A stretch of DNA of 64,000 nucleotides from Mobula hypostoma. Lineage: Eukaryota. The stretch spans positions 3,286,001 to 3,350,000 of the forward strand of contig NC_086098.1 in assembly GCF_963921235.1 (NCBI RefSeq), given 5' to 3'. This document shows, piece by piece, positions 62,872 to 64,000 of the stretch; the stretch's first letter is position 1, and the number at the start of each line of letters is the position of its first letter. Below the pieces are notes generated by a model, which was not told the DNA's origin, did not search any database, and saw nothing but the letters and a program-made list of their open reading frames with translations. The translations under genes were made by a program, and so were the position numbers.

Positions 62872-63274
62872 CTAAAAATAACAACAAACAGCATTTTCTA
62901 TAAAAAGAGAATTCCACCATTTTTCTTAAGGAAAATTCACCCAGAAAATGACACTTATCCCTCTTGTTAATTTAGTGATATGAAAAGGGATACTATCATT
63001 TCTAAAAGCAGACCCTGTTTTCCAGTTGGCATGGCCTGTTATTACTTGTTGGTTCAGTGGAGTAGCAGCCAGGCTCAGTGTGTGTTATTTGTTTCTGTGC
63101 TGGCAGAGTGACTGCTGTTTGCAATTAGTTCAGTTCAAAATTACAAGGAACAGGTGTGAGTGAGTTTGCAGATCCTTTTTCAGAGCCATTAGCTCTGTTA
63201 GGAACACTCACTTCAGTTCAAATCATTACCATTTAGAGAATCGAGGGCCAAGGATCAACTTCCATCGCCATTTT

Positions 63275-63560
63275 TAGAAGTTTATTTAGAGATAACAGAG
63301 CAGAACAGACTCTTCCAGCCTTTCAAACCACACTACCCAGTAACCCAGATATTTAACCCTAGCCGAGTCACGGAACCGTTTACAATGACCATTAACCATC
63401 AGCCGGTACGTCTTTGGTCTGTGGGAGGAGACTGAAGCAGCTGGAGGAAACTTACACGGTCACGGGGAGAACATAAACTTTCTTACAGAGGATGCTGCAA
63501 TTGAACTCCAACGCACCGAGCTGTAATAGCGTTGTGCCAACCGCTACATTACTGTGGCAC
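63275..63560 (-). mobile_element. V-SINE
   Basis: tctttggtctgtgggaggagactg..gaggaaac V-domain. Confidence 0.7.
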
Positions 63561-63674
63561 ACAATACGTGCACACTAATTAGAAATTTTCTGTGGTGTGC
63601 TGCTCAGTGCACAACATGCAACAACATAAAACAACGTTCAACAATTATAAACAATAAGGACATACGTAAATTAA

Positions 63675-64000
63675 TAAGATTCAAGATTCAAAGGTTCAAA
63701 AAATTTTATTGTCCTTCTAACCGTACATCAGCTCTGCAGGGCAGAATGAGACAGCGTTTCTCAGGAGCAGTGCAATCATAACATAACAAACGCAACACTA
63801 AATAATAAACATAACAATAAATAGTAAAACACAACAGCCACATGTCAGTTAAAATCAGTTATAAATGTCCAAAGCAGAGTCAGGTGGAGCAGCTATTTAG
63901 CAGTCTGACTGCCTGTGGGAGGAAGCTGTTTAGTAGCCTTGTGGTTTTAGTTTTGATGCTCCTGTAACGTTTGCCTGATGTTCATGGAGAGGGTGTGAGG
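63675..64000 (-). mobile_element. Rex1/Babar-type 3' end, running off the window
   Basis: (AGATTCA)n tail; SGKRY...RLLNSFLPQAVRLLN on the minus strand. Confidence 0.75.

Overview
This is vertebrate genomic DNA, most likely from a cartilaginous fish (shark or ray). That call is inferred from V-domain (HE1-type) SINEs and a landscape dominated by CR1, Rex1/Babar and Penelope elements. The window reads as intronic or intergenic DNA packed with nested, mostly 5'-truncated retroelements: CR1, Rex1/Babar, Penelope-like pLTRs, V-SINEs, a second tRNA-SINE family, RTE-derived short elements, one L1 derivative and one R4/Dong-type remnant, plus several minisatellites. No host gene could be named; only low-confidence candidate exons are reported. 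The most notable observations are: (1) a TSD-flanked 2-kb L1 that keeps its 5' end, ORF1 and 3'UTR but has lost nearly all of ORF2 (HAL1-like); (2) 118-160 bp Penelope pLTR insertions with TSDs that carry minimal hammerhead ribozyme motifs; (3) a CR1 chimeric junction present in two independent copies; (4) an R4/Dong element whose two halves diverge head-to-head; (5) minisatellites born at LINE ends; (6) an old local duplication around a possible pair of coding exons. All calls come from manual reading and remembered family motifs. No database search was run, and element boundaries are approximate unless a TSD is quoted.
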